A stretch of DNA of 64,000 bases from Sminthopsis crassicaudata (Eukaryota). Below the pieces are notes generated by a model. That model saw nothing but the letters and a program-made list of their open reading frames with translations. It had not been told where the DNA came from and made no database searches. This document shows positions 13,990-26,300 of this stretch, in pieces (positions within the stretch are counted from its first letter, which is position 1; the number at the start of each line of letters is the position of its first letter). Where the stretch lies: positions 300,523,146 through 300,587,145 of the forward strand of contig NC_133621.1 of NCBI RefSeq assembly GCF_048593235.1, read 5' to 3'. The position numbers and the translations under genes were made by a program.

Positions 13990-14200
13990 TATTTTTCCTT
14001 GAATTTCTTTTAATTGGGGGGACTATATTTTCTTTCATAACATGATTTTTTATGGAAATGTTTTGCATAATTTCACATGTGATTTCTTAATGGGGCTGGG
14101 GTGAAGATAAGGGAGGAAAATCTGAAACTCTAAAGTTTTAAAAGCAAAAGTAAAAAAAGTACAACTGGGAAGAAAAATTAAAAAATAAACTAAAAGAAAA
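13990..14200 (+). mobile_element. L1 3' UTR end fragment
   Basis: gttttgcataatttcacatgt...gaaaatctgaaactc motif plus A-rich tail; a similar motif occurs at 32870-32970. Confidence 0.6.
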
Positions 14201-14204
14201 ATAA

Positions 14205-14706
14205 CAATCATATCCCACAACTTGTTCAACTGTTCCCCAATTGATGGGACAACCCCTCAACTTTCAAATCTTTGCACCACAAAAAAAAGCCACAATCAAT
14301 CTTTCTGTACACATAGGTCCTTTTGTTCTCTTTAGGATATAAACCTAGTAGCAATATTGATGAATCAAAAGATATACATTTTTATAGCCCTTTGGGCATA
14401 GTACCAAATTGTTTTTCAGAATGTTTGGACCAGTTCACAATTCTACGTATAGTGTATTAGTGTCCTTGTTTTCCACATATCCTGCTGCATTTCTCATTTT
14501 CTTTTTCTGATAATGATAAACATGAAGTGGTGATTCAGAGTTCTTTTAATTTACATTTCTCTAATGAACAATATTTAATCTTTTCATTTCAAGTATGATA
14601 ATCTTTTTATATGACTATAAATAATTTAGGTATCTTCTGAAAACTGTCTGTTTACATCCTTTGATCATTTGTCAATGTCTTATTTTTATAAATTTGGCTC
14701 AGTTCC

Positions 14707-14768
<62 letters not shown>

Positions 14769-15845
14769 GAAGTAAGGTCTTAACAGGGAAACTTGCCGTA
14801 AAATTTTCCTCCAAGTTTCTTGACTTCCTTTTGATTTTGGTTACATTGGTTTTTGTTTTGGGTTTTTTTGGTACAACCCTTTTTAATTTTATGTAACCAA
14901 AATTATCCATTAAACTTTCTGTGATCCTCTCTGTCTCTTCTTTGGTTAAACACTTTTCCATTATCCATCTATCTGACAGTAAAATTTTGCATGCTCCACT
15001 AATTTGCTTATTTCAGCCTTTCTGTCATAATCATGCACTCATTTTGACTTTATATTGGTATACTGTATGAGATGTTGTTCTATGCCCAGTTTCTGACAAA
15101 TTCCATTCCAGTTTTCCCAGGAATTTTTGTCAAGTGATGAATTCTTCCCCCAGAAGCTCTATAGGGCCTTTGGATTTATCAAACACTAGATTACTGTGAT
15201 CATGAATTATTGTGTATTATATAACAAATCTATTCTACTGATCAGCTATTTTCTTTCTTAACCAGTACCAGATTGTTTTATTAATTACCACTTTAAAATA
15301 AAATTTGAAATCTGGTACTGCTAAGGCTGCCTTCCTTTGTATTTTTCATTGATTTCCTGGATACTCTTGACTTTCTGTTCTTCCAGATGAATTTTATTAT
15401 TGGTTTTTCTATCTCTTTAAAATAATTATAATTCTTTGGTAATTTGATTGGTATGAAACTGAATAAATAAATTAATTTAGGTAGAATTATCATTTTATTA
15501 TATTGGCTTAGCCTACCAATGAACCATAACTATTTCCTCTAATTGTTTAGATCTATCTTTATTTGTGTGAAAAATTTTTTGTAACTATGCTCATATGGTT
15601 CATATAGTTTGTGTTGATGGATAGATTCCCAAGTATTTTACATTGTCTGCAGTTATTTTAAATGGAGTTTCTCTTTCTGTCTGTTGGTAGTGTATTAAAA
15701 TGCTGATGATTTATTCAGGTTTATTTTATACACTGCAACTCTGCTAAAGATATTAGTTGTTTAGTTGATTTTCTAGGGCTCTCTAAATATATTATCATAT
15801 CATCTACCTATCATCATATTATCTACAAAGAGTTGATAGTTTATA
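14205..15845 (-). mobile_element. L1 ORF2 3' fragment
   Basis: ORF 15293..15493 MIILPKLIYLFSFIPIKLPKNY..EIEKPIIKFIWKNRKSRVSRK is typical L1 ORF2; many stops and frameshifts. Confidence 0.9.
14710..14764. repeat. (TG)n microsatellite
   Basis: Uninterrupted TG run of about 27 units. Confidence 0.99.
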
Positions 15846-16949
15846 CTACTTAATAAATCTTAAGCAGATTAGGGGCTTGCTATCCTAATGACAGCAGATT
15901 ACTATCAGGATTCTATCATAAAGGATATTTTGGCTTCTGTGGGACATGGCACTATGTCAGCTCCAGGAAAAGGCCAGACCTCTTTCTGGTGACACTTAAT
16001 AAGCATAGCCATCCATCCGCAGTAGTGCCTGGATATTCTCTCCAGAACTAAAGATCAGAAGATCAGAAATTCAAAGATGGATGGGGCCTCAGAGACCATT
16101 TTAATCGACAGAATTGAAAAAGTCTCCCAGATAAATGGCATTAAGATTCCAACTCCACATTCTGGATTCTATTACATCCAAAAACAAGATTTCATAGAAA
16201 AATTGACTAATCCTTTTTAATATGCAAAAAACCCTATCATTCACACTGTATTCTAATTATAATCAGTTAGAGAAAACAATATCCATTTTGACATGACCAG
16301 TATTTTTGTAAATAATGGTGTTTTTTTTTTTAACTTAGCAAATCCTAGCTCTCTTTCCTGACCATAAATGCCACAAATCATTGAAGAGATCTCAGCAAAA
16401 GGTTATAGGATCCCTTCCCTGGGGATTTGCAAAGGCTCTTCTATTAAAGGACAGCAATTTATCTCTAGGATACTAGAGTTAACTGTTTGTTTCCTTTTGC
16501 CTTAGTCTATAAAGCTATAGGGAATATCCACTAGCATTTGTGATAGAAAAAAATGCAAGTTTTTAAAAATAAACCAATCTGAATAGCTGGCAATAACTGA
16601 ATAAAATATATTTTTTTATTTTTCTGGAAAGGATTAAATAACAATACTGCCTTGAGACAGTGTAATGGATTGGACTCCAAATCTCTGTAGGTTACTTCAG
16701 TCTCTTCAAAGAAATCCTTCCCCCCCATCATCTCTATACACATACATAAACATGCGTGCACACATGCACGCAAGCAAGCATCGGGGTCACTTATGCTGTA
16801 TCCTTCCCACAGATGAATTCCCATAGCCTCTTTACTCTCACTTTCACCAGGTACTTGTATACTCAGAGGTAGGTTACCTACTCTTTCCATATTCAAATTA
16901 TTATAAGCCTCTTTTCTGACTCCTAAGTTTCAACTCATTGTAGCTTGAG

Positions 16950-17260
16950 AACCCATTACCTTTTGTACTGGTTTCTGGGCATCATTCCAGTTTGATTTAG
17001 GTGTAACACAAGCTGTGTACACTCCAACAGAGAAAGCTTCTGAATACACAAAAACTATGAATACAAAGCATGACCAGGAACAAGTGGATAAACTTCCAGA
17101 GCTGCTGGATGATCCACCAAAAAAAAAGGCTATCAGCAATACTGAAAGAAAAAAATATTTATTGGAATGGAAGCCAGAGATAAGAAGTTATTAAAGGATA
17201 ATGGAAGTGAAGCAGGGAAGAAAAAATATAATTATTATATCCTGAAGTTAAACTTTGGAT
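16950..17260 (+). mobile_element. Possible degenerate RTE endonuclease remnant
   Basis: Plus-frame TQAVYTPTEKA...EQVDKLPELLDDPPKKKAI followed by NGSEAGKK resembles RTE IQVYAPT..AEEEEVD.FYE.LQ.LL..TPKKD and NEAG.RL; weak. Confidence 0.35.
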
Positions 17261-17530
17261 GCTTATCCCAATTGAACTATGTCTTCTGAGAAATCCTCTT
17301 CTACATCAGCTTCTTCTGTCAATATTACCATGGCTACAACAACTAATGTTGTCATGATCCTTTAGAAAATCAATTTTTTTTCACAACAAATGAAGAAAAA
17401 AATAAAGTATATTGTTAGAAAGTATTTTACCCAACTAGATGACTAACAAAACCAACAACTTAAATGAAATAGATGAAATTTACAAAAATATAAAATATCT
17501 AAATTAAAAGAACAAGAAATAGAGAACTTA

Positions 17531-17696
17531 GGGGCAGCTGGATGGCTCAGTGGATAGAGCACTGGCCCTGAGGTCAGAAGGGGGGATCCCAAGTTCAAAT
17601 TGGACCTCAGACACTTAACACTTCCTCACTTGTGTGACCCTGGGCAAGTCACTTAATCTCAATTGCCTTGCAAAAGAAAAGAAAAAAAAAAAAAAA
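17531..17696 (+). mobile_element. tRNA-derived CORE-SINE (WSINE1-like) with poly(A) tail and 17-bp TSD
   Basis: GGGGCAGCTGG start, A box TGGCTCAGTGG, B-box-like GTTCAAAT, core TGTGTGACCCTGGGCAAGTCACTTAA and A tail. TSD aagaaatagagaactta (17514-17530) / aagaaatggagaactta (17697-17713). Confidence 0.92.
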
Positions 17697-17775
17697 AAGA
17701 AATGGAGAACTTAAGAATCCAATCACATTGTAAAATAACTGAACAAGTTATAAATTAAAGGGAAAAAACCCAGAA

Positions 17776-18290
17776 TGTTGGAAACAAAATTCTAAATCCC
17801 AAATAAGGACACAGTAAATGAACAATTTCAGGATGAGTGAAGCAGTTTAAACTTAGAATAAGTTCCTGCAGGAAGCAGATGTGAATACTCAAAATGAGCT
17901 GACACACAGAAGTGGAGCATATCCCTTATCCCAGCTTCAAAGTCCCTATCCCATCTCCCTGGGGAGATATTCTTTCCCAATCCTTCTACAACATACCTGC
18001 CTTAATATGTGCCACTTCCCACTACATACATTGTATGACCATTAAAATGAACCTTAGCTCCTCCTGAGAAGCTAATATTTATGAAGCAATTAAGCATGCG
18101 GTACTCTAGGTAAGCTATAACCTCTGTCCTACTTTCAACTTTATTTTCAACTACACAACTAAATCTACTAGTTTTATCTAGTTTCAACTGTTTTCAGGAG
18201 CTCCCCTGCTCCTCTCTTCTAGATTACTTCCAGTTCCAGATTTGTGATTTTTCTCCGCCACGGGAACATAAATGTTTGTTGTTGCTCACA
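17776..18290. mobile_element. Solo LTR (ERV; 4-bp TSD suggests ERV1/gamma-like) inserted in L1 ORF2
   Basis: 515 bp bounded by TG...CA and flanked by AGAA on both sides. Removing it restores colinear L1 ORF2-like sequence (aaaacccagaa|ttagaggagtttataag). Confidence 0.75.
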
Positions 18291-18766
18291 AGAATTAGAG
18301 GAGTTTATAAGAAAATTGCACCAAACATTCAAAGAACAATGAACTCTGATTTTATACACATAATTTCCAAAATTAGAAAAAGAAGAAATTCTACTGAATA
18401 TTTTCTATGATTCAAATATTATCTTGATATCTATCAGGGGGAGTCAAAACAGAGAAAGGAAAGTAAAGACCAATATCCCTGACAAATATACATGCAAAAT
18501 TTCAAATAAAATATTATTTAAAAGGCTACATCAGCATTGTACAAAGATTATAAACTATGACCAAGTTGGATTTATATGAGAAATATAGGATTGGCTCAAT
18601 ATTAGAAAAACTACAAACATAATTAGCAATATTATGTGAATTATATAAATAATAAAACAACAAAAATCATATAATTATATTAATTAATACAGAAAAGACT
18701 TTTGAGGAAATAGAATAAACATTTCTGGTTTTGTTTTTCCTTTTTTTTTTTTCCGGAGGCTGGGGT

Positions 18767-18922
18767 NNNNNNNNNNNNNNNNNNNNNNNNNNNNNNNNNN
18801 NNNNNNNNNNNNNNNNNNNNNNNNNNNNNNNNNNNNNNNNNNNNNNNNNNNNNNNNNNNNNNNNNNNNNNNNNNNNNNNNNNNNNNNNNNNNNNNNNNNN
18901 NNNNNNNNNNNNNNNNNNNNNN
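18767..18922. other. Assembly gap (156 N)
   Basis: Run of N. Confidence 1.
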
Positions 18923-20049
18923 AAGGATGCCTATGATTGCCATTACTTTTTTGTTATAATACTGGAAATGTGGACACTAGAAATAAGACAAAAAAAAGAA
19001 ATTGAAGGAATAAGGATAGGCAAAGAAAAAAGCAAAATTATCAATTTTTTGGCAGATGATATGATAGTTTACTTAAGAGAGCCCCAGAGAGTCAACTAAA
19101 AATTAAGAAACTTCAGCAAAGTTATAAGACATAAAAATAATTAACATAAGTCATCAGAATTATGTATACTGCTAACAAAATCTAGGGGAAAGAGATAAAG
19201 AATTCTATTTAAAATAACTATAGAATATGTCAAATACTTTGGAGTTTACTACCATAATATACAAAGGAACTATACAACTAAAACTACAAAACACTACAGA
19301 AATAAAGACAGAGCTAAATAATTGAATTAACATTATTTGCACATGGGTGGACTGGAATATATAATAAAAATGACAATACTACTTAAAATAATTAATTTAG
19401 TGCTAAACCATTCAAGCTAACAAAGCATTACTTTATAAAACTAAAGAAACAATAATAAAATTCATCTGGAAGAACAAATGATCAAGAATTTAAAGGGAAA
19501 TAATCTTAAAAGTAGAAATAAAGCCTATCAGTGCCAGACCTTCAACTATGATATAAAGCATTAACCGTCAAAACAATTTGATACTGTTCAAATATTAGAG
19601 GTTGACCAGACCCACGGATTAGGCACGTAACATACAGAAGCAAATTATTCTAGTGGCCTAGTGTTCAAGAAACCCAAAGCTCACAACTATTAGAATAGGG
19701 ATTATATATATTCTATGCTTGCCAAAAACTTCTAAGAAAACCATCACTAGTCTGGCAGAAATTAGATTTGGCCCAGCATTTTACATCACATGCCAGATAA
19801 GCTTCAAATAGATAAATAATCAAGATATAAATGGTGACATCATAAACAAATTAGAGAAGCAATTATCTTAAGATATATGGATAAGAGAAGAGTTCATAAC
19901 TAAATGAGATAAAAGAAATGTCAGAAAAACAGACAATTTTGATTACACAAAATTAAAATTTTTGCACAAATTCAAAGTCACTAAGATTAGAAAGGAAATA
20001 GTTAACTAAGAAAAAAATCTTTGCAGCAAATATATCTTATAAAGGGGTA

Positions 20050-20055
20050 TGTGTA

Positions 20056-20091
<36 letters not shown>
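20050..20091. repeat. (TG)n microsatellite with TATG lead-in
   Basis: Directly visible. Confidence 0.95.
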
Positions 20092-20092
<1 letters not shown>

Positions 20093-21479
20093 ATGCTGTG
20101 TATTCTAAGACATATAAGGAACTGATTCAAATTTATGAGAAGAGCTATTCCCCAACAAATAAATGGTGAAAGATATGAATAGGTATTTATTAAAGGTTGA
20201 AATGCAACCTATCAATGGTCATATAAAAATGTTCCAAGTTCATAGAGAAATGCAAATTAAATCAATTCTTATAAATCAAAGTGGCAAATTTGACCCCAAA
20301 AAAGGAAAATCATGAGGGTTGTGAAAAGTTTCTTTGAAATGGGCATATTGAAGCCATTTGCAGAGATATTAATTGGTCCAGCCACTTTGGAGATCATTTT
20401 GGAAATTTATGCACAAAAAGTAACTAAATTTGCATCTGACTTGAATTTATATCTCCCCCAAAATCAAAGGACATACACTACGCAAAGAATATATACAAAA
20501 ATATTATAGCATCTCTTTCATAGTGAAAAAGAACTAGAAACTAAGAGAATAACCATTAATTGTGGAATGGATGAACAAATTTTAATATAAGAATGTGAGG
20601 ATACAATGGAAAAAAGGAAAAAAGAGAAGGTTTAGAGCAATCTGAAAAGACTTGTATGAACCAATACAGAGTAAAGTGAGTAGAACTAGGAAAACGATTT
20701 CTATCAGAACACCAAGATGATGAGAAATAGAAATAAAATAAGCAAATGATCAACTATGATTCCAGAGATGATAAATGACACTGAAGATTCAACTTCCAGA
20801 CACAGAAGTAATAAATCCATTATTCAGAAAGCAATGCATATTTTGAACATTGCCAATATGAGAATTTATTTTGCTTGACTAGGTATAATTTTTACAAAAG
20901 ATTTTTTTTCTTTTGGAGAAGAGGTGAGAGAAAGAGAAAACAAATGTTTGTTAATTGAAAAAAAACCCACAAAATTCTATTTTTAAAAAAAGAAAGCTAT
21001 TTTTCAAATTTTGTCCATGGAGCACTTGTGAGTTTCAAATACAGCTACAAAATTCATAAAGATGAACCTCCGGATATCCCCAGGATAAAGGGAGCAGGAT
21101 GAGAAAGTGGTAACATGTTTAATATAGACATAATTTCATATGTAATATTTTAGAAAGGGATTACAAGCACTGAAATGTTCTCATGTAATCCTTATTCATA
21201 TACACACATTGTAAAAAATGCTCTACACTGCCCAGATATAACATCGTTCCTTTTAAATTCTTACATTTCAGAAGAATGATTCAAAGTGATACCTAAAAAC
21301 TAAAATCCAACTTAGTTGTACATCTCTACACACACATAATTAAACCACTTTTTTTTTTTTTTTTTGCTCTTCAAAGACATGATGCTCATCCTTGTACCAA
21401 AGGGGATATTTTTATACTGTTTCCACATCTGAAAAATATACCCTTCCCCATTCCACCTATTATATAAAGGAAAGAATGC

Positions 21480-21650
21480 CTGTCAGATGTGGAGTCCAAG
21501 ATCCTGGGTTCAAATCCAAGCTTTCCCATTTGGTGTAGTTGTAGTATTGGTGCCTATCTGGACCTGATTTTCTGATCTGTAGAACAAGATTGGACTAAAA
21601 AAAGTCTTTGATATTCCTTCCAGTGTTAAAAATCACTGGTCTATATAGTC
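21480..21650 (+). mobile_element. MIR fragment
   Basis: ggagtccaagatcctgggttcaaatcc...ttggactaaaaaaagtctttgatattccttccag. Confidence 0.7.
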
Positions 21651-23918
21651 TATGATCTAAAATTTACTCATTCAAGGCCCAAACTAACTCTCATTTTCAG
21701 ACTTCTTAAGCACATGATGATTTATTCTTTCTCTGAGTTCTTGTCTTATAGTCAGTTGCACACAGTTAAGCAATTAATTGTTCTCTCGTGTTTAAGTGTA
21801 TTGCTACTTTGCATTAAAGTAGTATGTAAATGTCAGTCATTTTTATTACTTTTATTTGTATTACATCGAAGAATGCAAAGAAGCATAAAGGATGATCCTT
21901 GCCCGTGAGATGAACACCCATTACCAAGTTAAAGAACAGCACAGAAAATTCATTTAGTGCATTATAGAGAAATCTTCCTGAGAATTTTCCAACACTGTTC
22001 TGAAAGCTTTTCCTTTGGATATCTAATGTCAAACTCATAGAACCCAATGTTGCCCTGACCTCAAATGAATGACAATTCAGCATCTTGCTTTCCTCTAAAC
22101 CTAGACAAAAACTTTACAGGCAGAAAGTGGTCCCTTGCAAATAGACACAATATCACAGAAAGCTAGAACATCTGCTGTCATTTGGGGCACTGATTTAACT
22201 TTCTACATGGCCACTATTATCTTCATTGTATCAAGACGCATTATATTTTGTTTGCCCAAAGAGGATTCTTCTCGTTCTTTAAATGTTCTACCAAGAAAAT
22301 CCTTTTTGCTATTTGAAGAAAGGAGAAAAATTTTAACTTTACCCAAAATGCTAGAAACTCCACAATCCAGGCCTATTGCAATATAAAATTCAAGTCAGGT
22401 GCAAATTTAGTTACTTTTTGTGCATAAATTTCCAAAATGATCTCCAAAGTGGCTAGACCAATTAATATCTCCATAAATGGTGTTTCAATATGCCCATTTC
22501 AATCATTGAATCCAATGAGACAAAACAAATCTTGATGAAATACAATCTTTCCCATTCAATGGTCTATATTCTAAGAAATTTTTTGTTGTTGTCATAACTA
22601 TAGATATTCCTTGATTTGCCAGCAATGGGTAGTTCATGCTATTTTTGCAATATCGATGTAAGGGAAGTCATAACATAACCCAATATATGCAAACAATGTG
22701 GTGCTATAATGCCAACAAGAGGTAGTGATCATAAGTTCATGTTATGAGCTTGGAGTAGGAAGGCCTATGGGCTAGGATAGCCAGGAAAAGACTTCATGTA
22801 AGAGTAGGTCTTGGACTAGACCAGAACAATGCATAGGATTTAGCAAGGGGAGAGAGGTGAGTGAGTGCACTCTAAGCAGTGGAGACAGGATGGACAAAGG
22901 TGTAGAGGCAGGAATGAACAAGGTGTTTTCTGGGTTCACACAGGAGACAAATGAGAGATGAGGTTTGTAAGGTAGAGCTCGGCCAGACTGTGAGACATGG
23001 CAAATGCCAGGCTAAGCAATTTGAACCTCTAGACAATCAGATTTTGAGCAGAGGAATTTTAGAAATGTTAAGTTCACTACAGTGTGTAGGATAAATTAAT
23101 GAGGGAAGAGATGGGAGGAAAGGAAGTAAGTTAAAAGACTATTAATAATCAAGGGAGGGGGCTATTGGAACAGAAAAGAAGGCGCTAATGAGACACGTGA
23201 AAATGAAAGATTCAATAGGGCTTGCTGGCTGATTGAAAACAAAGTTAGAGCAGGGATCTCCAGATCAAAGTTATTAATAGAACAGGGGAATAAAAGGGAT
23301 TTCTAGACCTGAAGTTTTGGAGGAGCCTACTCCAGAAAGCCTCATAGGTGGGCCAATGGCAAGAAGGAGATGATGCCGGCTTCTAGGAGCAGGGAGAAGA
23401 GAGGTAAGATGCTAGAGGGGTAAGTGGCCAAAGGCTTGGGATCCCTGCTGTGGAAAGGGTACTGGGAATTAACAAAACCAAGTCAAAGAATTGTTAATCA
23501 ATAGGGTCTCACTGTGAGGAGAGAGCATGAACTTGTCAGGAGCCATTTCTCTAGAATTTCATACTATAACTTTTAACTATGAATTTAGCTATTCATAGAT
23601 TAAAAAAACAGTTGGTAAATTGGTACCTCGATATTTTCTCAATATCTTTGCCTTTGGACCACTTCATTATTTTGTCTGAATCTCTATGGAAAGGTGGTTA
23701 AGTAAAGGAATAGATGGAGGAACTTAAATCAGTCTTTGGATTTCTTTCCTAGCACTAGTATAAGTCTTCTTCAGTTGTGAGAAGCCAATGGCTTCAATGT
23801 TTTTTGTTATTACAGATAATTAAGTCACCTGTAGTTCCCTTTCACAAAATAAATATTCAAAATATAAGGAGCCCAAGCTGATACTTCTGTTGAACTTCCT
23901 ACTGCTAGGTCACTTTAC

Positions 23919-24039
23919 CTGAATCCCAAAGGCTATATCCTTCTTCATACTCTTCTATCACCAATGAAGTCGGAGGGATCATGGGAGATGCTTGTGGCAA
24001 AAGCTCTTTTGGTTCTTCCTCAAAAAATACCATCGGGTC
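23919..24039 (-). CDS. ENTHD1: ENTHD1 internal coding exon (human exon 5 equivalent), 121 nt, phase 0/1
   Basis: Acceptor ctctcttgttttctgtaag|GACCC and donor CAG|gtaaag. Translates DPMVFFEEEPKELLPQASPMIPPTSLVIEEYEEGYSLWDS(G) versus recalled human DLMTFLDDDPELPLLATPPSIVSPITCLSEAEEVCNLSGAD. Length 121 nt equals the recalled human exon and the frame is continuous. Confidence 0.88.
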
Positions 24040-24115
24040 CTTACAGAAAACAAGAGAGCACCTTAGTTAAGCAACAAAGAGTTGTGTCTGGCCTTTTTAA
24101 GATGGAAAAGTCATG

Positions 24116-24289
24116 TTTAGTGTTTTAGTCAACGTTATATTTCATTCTCTACCCAAGTAAAGTAGGCAGAAAAAAAACGGTGAAAATATTTCAAAGGATT
24201 TAGTGTTTTAGTCAACATTATATTTCATTCTCTACCCAAGTAAAGTGGGCAGAAAAAAACGGTGAAAATATTTCAAAGGGTGAAAATAT
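24116..24289. repeat. 83-bp tandem duplication (2 copies plus partial)
   Basis: Units start at 24116 and 24199 and differ by 2 substitutions and one A. Confidence 0.97.
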
Positions 24290-25269
24290 ACCAAGTGAAG
24301 AACCTAAATCAGATTGCAATAATTCACAAATTTGTAATGTTGTGCAAATGTGGTTTCCATATGCTTTTCTATTGTCTTCCTAGCTCTAGCTGCGTTCTTA
24401 GCCCACACTGGATGCTGGCTTTTGAGTCATTCAGTTTCAGGTCCCTGCTCTTGGTCGCTCTTAAGATTCATTCAGGCAAACCAGTTTAAAAAGTTCTTTG
24501 CTGCAATTTCAATTCAAATTAATTTAAGTATTTAGATTTTTGAGTCACATGAGCAACAAGATAGAGGACTAAACAATTTCTCTGATCTGAAAGACCTCTC
24601 AAACTTCTCAAGTCAAAGCAGAATTTGTGCACCAGAGATAAAGCCCCTTTGGCTGGCTGTCTCCTTGAACTGGGACATCCAGGATCCAAAAAAAGGTCGA
24701 AAAAAGAAATATGAACTTAATGCTCACTGATTCTAAGTTCAGTCAGCACTCCTCTACTCCCATGTTAGAGGCAACAAGGCAGCACTAGTAGCCCTAGGGA
24801 TCTGACACACAGCTTGGAGTTTGCAACAAAACCCAACCTGCACCCTATCTCCCCCTCCCACACACACACACATACAAACTCTTTCCCCTGCAGGAAATCC
24901 CTGACTCTGGGCTGTAGAACTTTGCTTGGGCAGAAACAGAGAGCTAGAACAATAGAAGGCAAACCTTCAAGAACAAAAATGTCTGCTGGGGCTACAACCC
25001 TGTAGTACCAATATGGCAAAGCCCTAAGCTGCCTGGCCAAGGGAGAGAACCCTTTAGCCCCATAGAACTAAAGGAGGCTATGTAGCATTCCACTAAATCT
25101 GAGATAAAGAACATAGCTTCTAGCTGGAATCATTTTTGACCTAAAAGTCATTTGGGGCAAAAATCTAGGCTGTGAAATGTCCAGGATGGTAAGAGGTGGA
25201 GATGCTTTGAGATTCAACCCCCAAGCCAACCCCATCAGAGGAAGTAGAGTCAAAAGAGTAAACAGAGGA

Positions 25270-26300
25270 AAATGGGTAGGGAGAAAGACTGGAAATTACC
25301 AAAAAGTATTAAGGAGGAAAAAACTCCTCTAACATAAGCAGATAAGTCAACAGCAAAAATGTTAAAAATTTGGTCATCTATGATTAAATACTGTAAAACA
25401 AAGGAAAATGATCCAACACTTCATGAGGCAGGAGACTCTCTGGAAGGAGGAGAACCTTCCCAAGTGGTTTAAAAGAGAAGTAAGAATTATGGGATCAGAA
25501 TTTAGGACCATGTACAACAACAACCAAAAAAATAATGAGCAAAACAGAAAAATTTGAATCTATTATGGCAAATCTTACCAAAGAAACAAAAACAAGAACA
25601 AAAAATTGAGAATGTAAATATACAAAACTGAAGGAAGATCTAGAAGAGAACAAAAGAAAATATGTTCACTACACAAGCAAAACATACTGATTTCAAAGAC
25701 AATGCATAGAGATAATCTAAGGACCATTAGTTTCCCAGAAGAACATGATATGACAAAAAATAATTAACACCATAATGCAAAAAATGAGAAAAGAATTTCC
25801 CAGAACCTCTGAACATAGAAAGTGGAATATCAACTAGAAAACTTCACAGATCATCATCACAGAAAAAAATTATAACCCCAAGACTGCAAATACCAAGACA
25901 TAAGTTTTCACTTTATTTGTTTGTTTGTTTGTTTAACAGTTCCCTTTTGAAACAAGTTCCACAAGTGAGCAGAAGAAAGATCTCCAAATACAAAAGAAAG
26001 GAAATTTGAATAAAGCAAGACCCAGCACCTATCAGAAAATGTAGGAGGAAATGGAATAATGTGTTCTGAAGAGCAAGGGCATCTAAGCTTGACCATAAAT
26101 GAAAAAGTATGAATATTCAGTAACCAAGAGGCATTTGGAACATTTTTTTAGAAAGAAAATCAGAACTGAAGAGATTATTTGCTTCTCAAACACCATGACG
26201 AAAATAAAGGAGTAAATAAATGCATGAGCCAAGGACAACAACAGCAACAGAGCAATAAGAGAGAGACCAATAAGAGATTTCTTTCTAAAAGTACACCAGG
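25270..26300 (+). mobile_element. Old L1 ORF1-region fragment
   Basis: A-rich coding-like decay including gataatctaaggaccattagtttcccagaagaacatg (ORF1 N-L-R-I-I-G-L-P-E-like region). Confidence 0.55.

Larger units (their letters stand above)
17375..20975 (+). mobile_element. Old L1 ORF2-to-3'UTR fragment, interrupted by a SINE, an LTR, a gap and (TG)n
   Basis: RT motif remnant FLADDMIVYL (ORF 18731..19099), L1 ORF2-like DNA throughout, and an A-rich 3' end near 20960. Confidence 0.88.

Noticed and set aside
14669-14961. ORFs with CVCV/THTH runs
   Set aside because: Translations of the (TG)n microsatellite inside an L1.
16960-17153. Possible minus-strand ENTHD1 exon (tttctttcag ... AAG|gtaatg; ORF 16930..17139)
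   Set aside because: No resemblance to the recalled human exon 6, wrong exit phase, and the opposite strand fits an RTE endonuclease remnant better.
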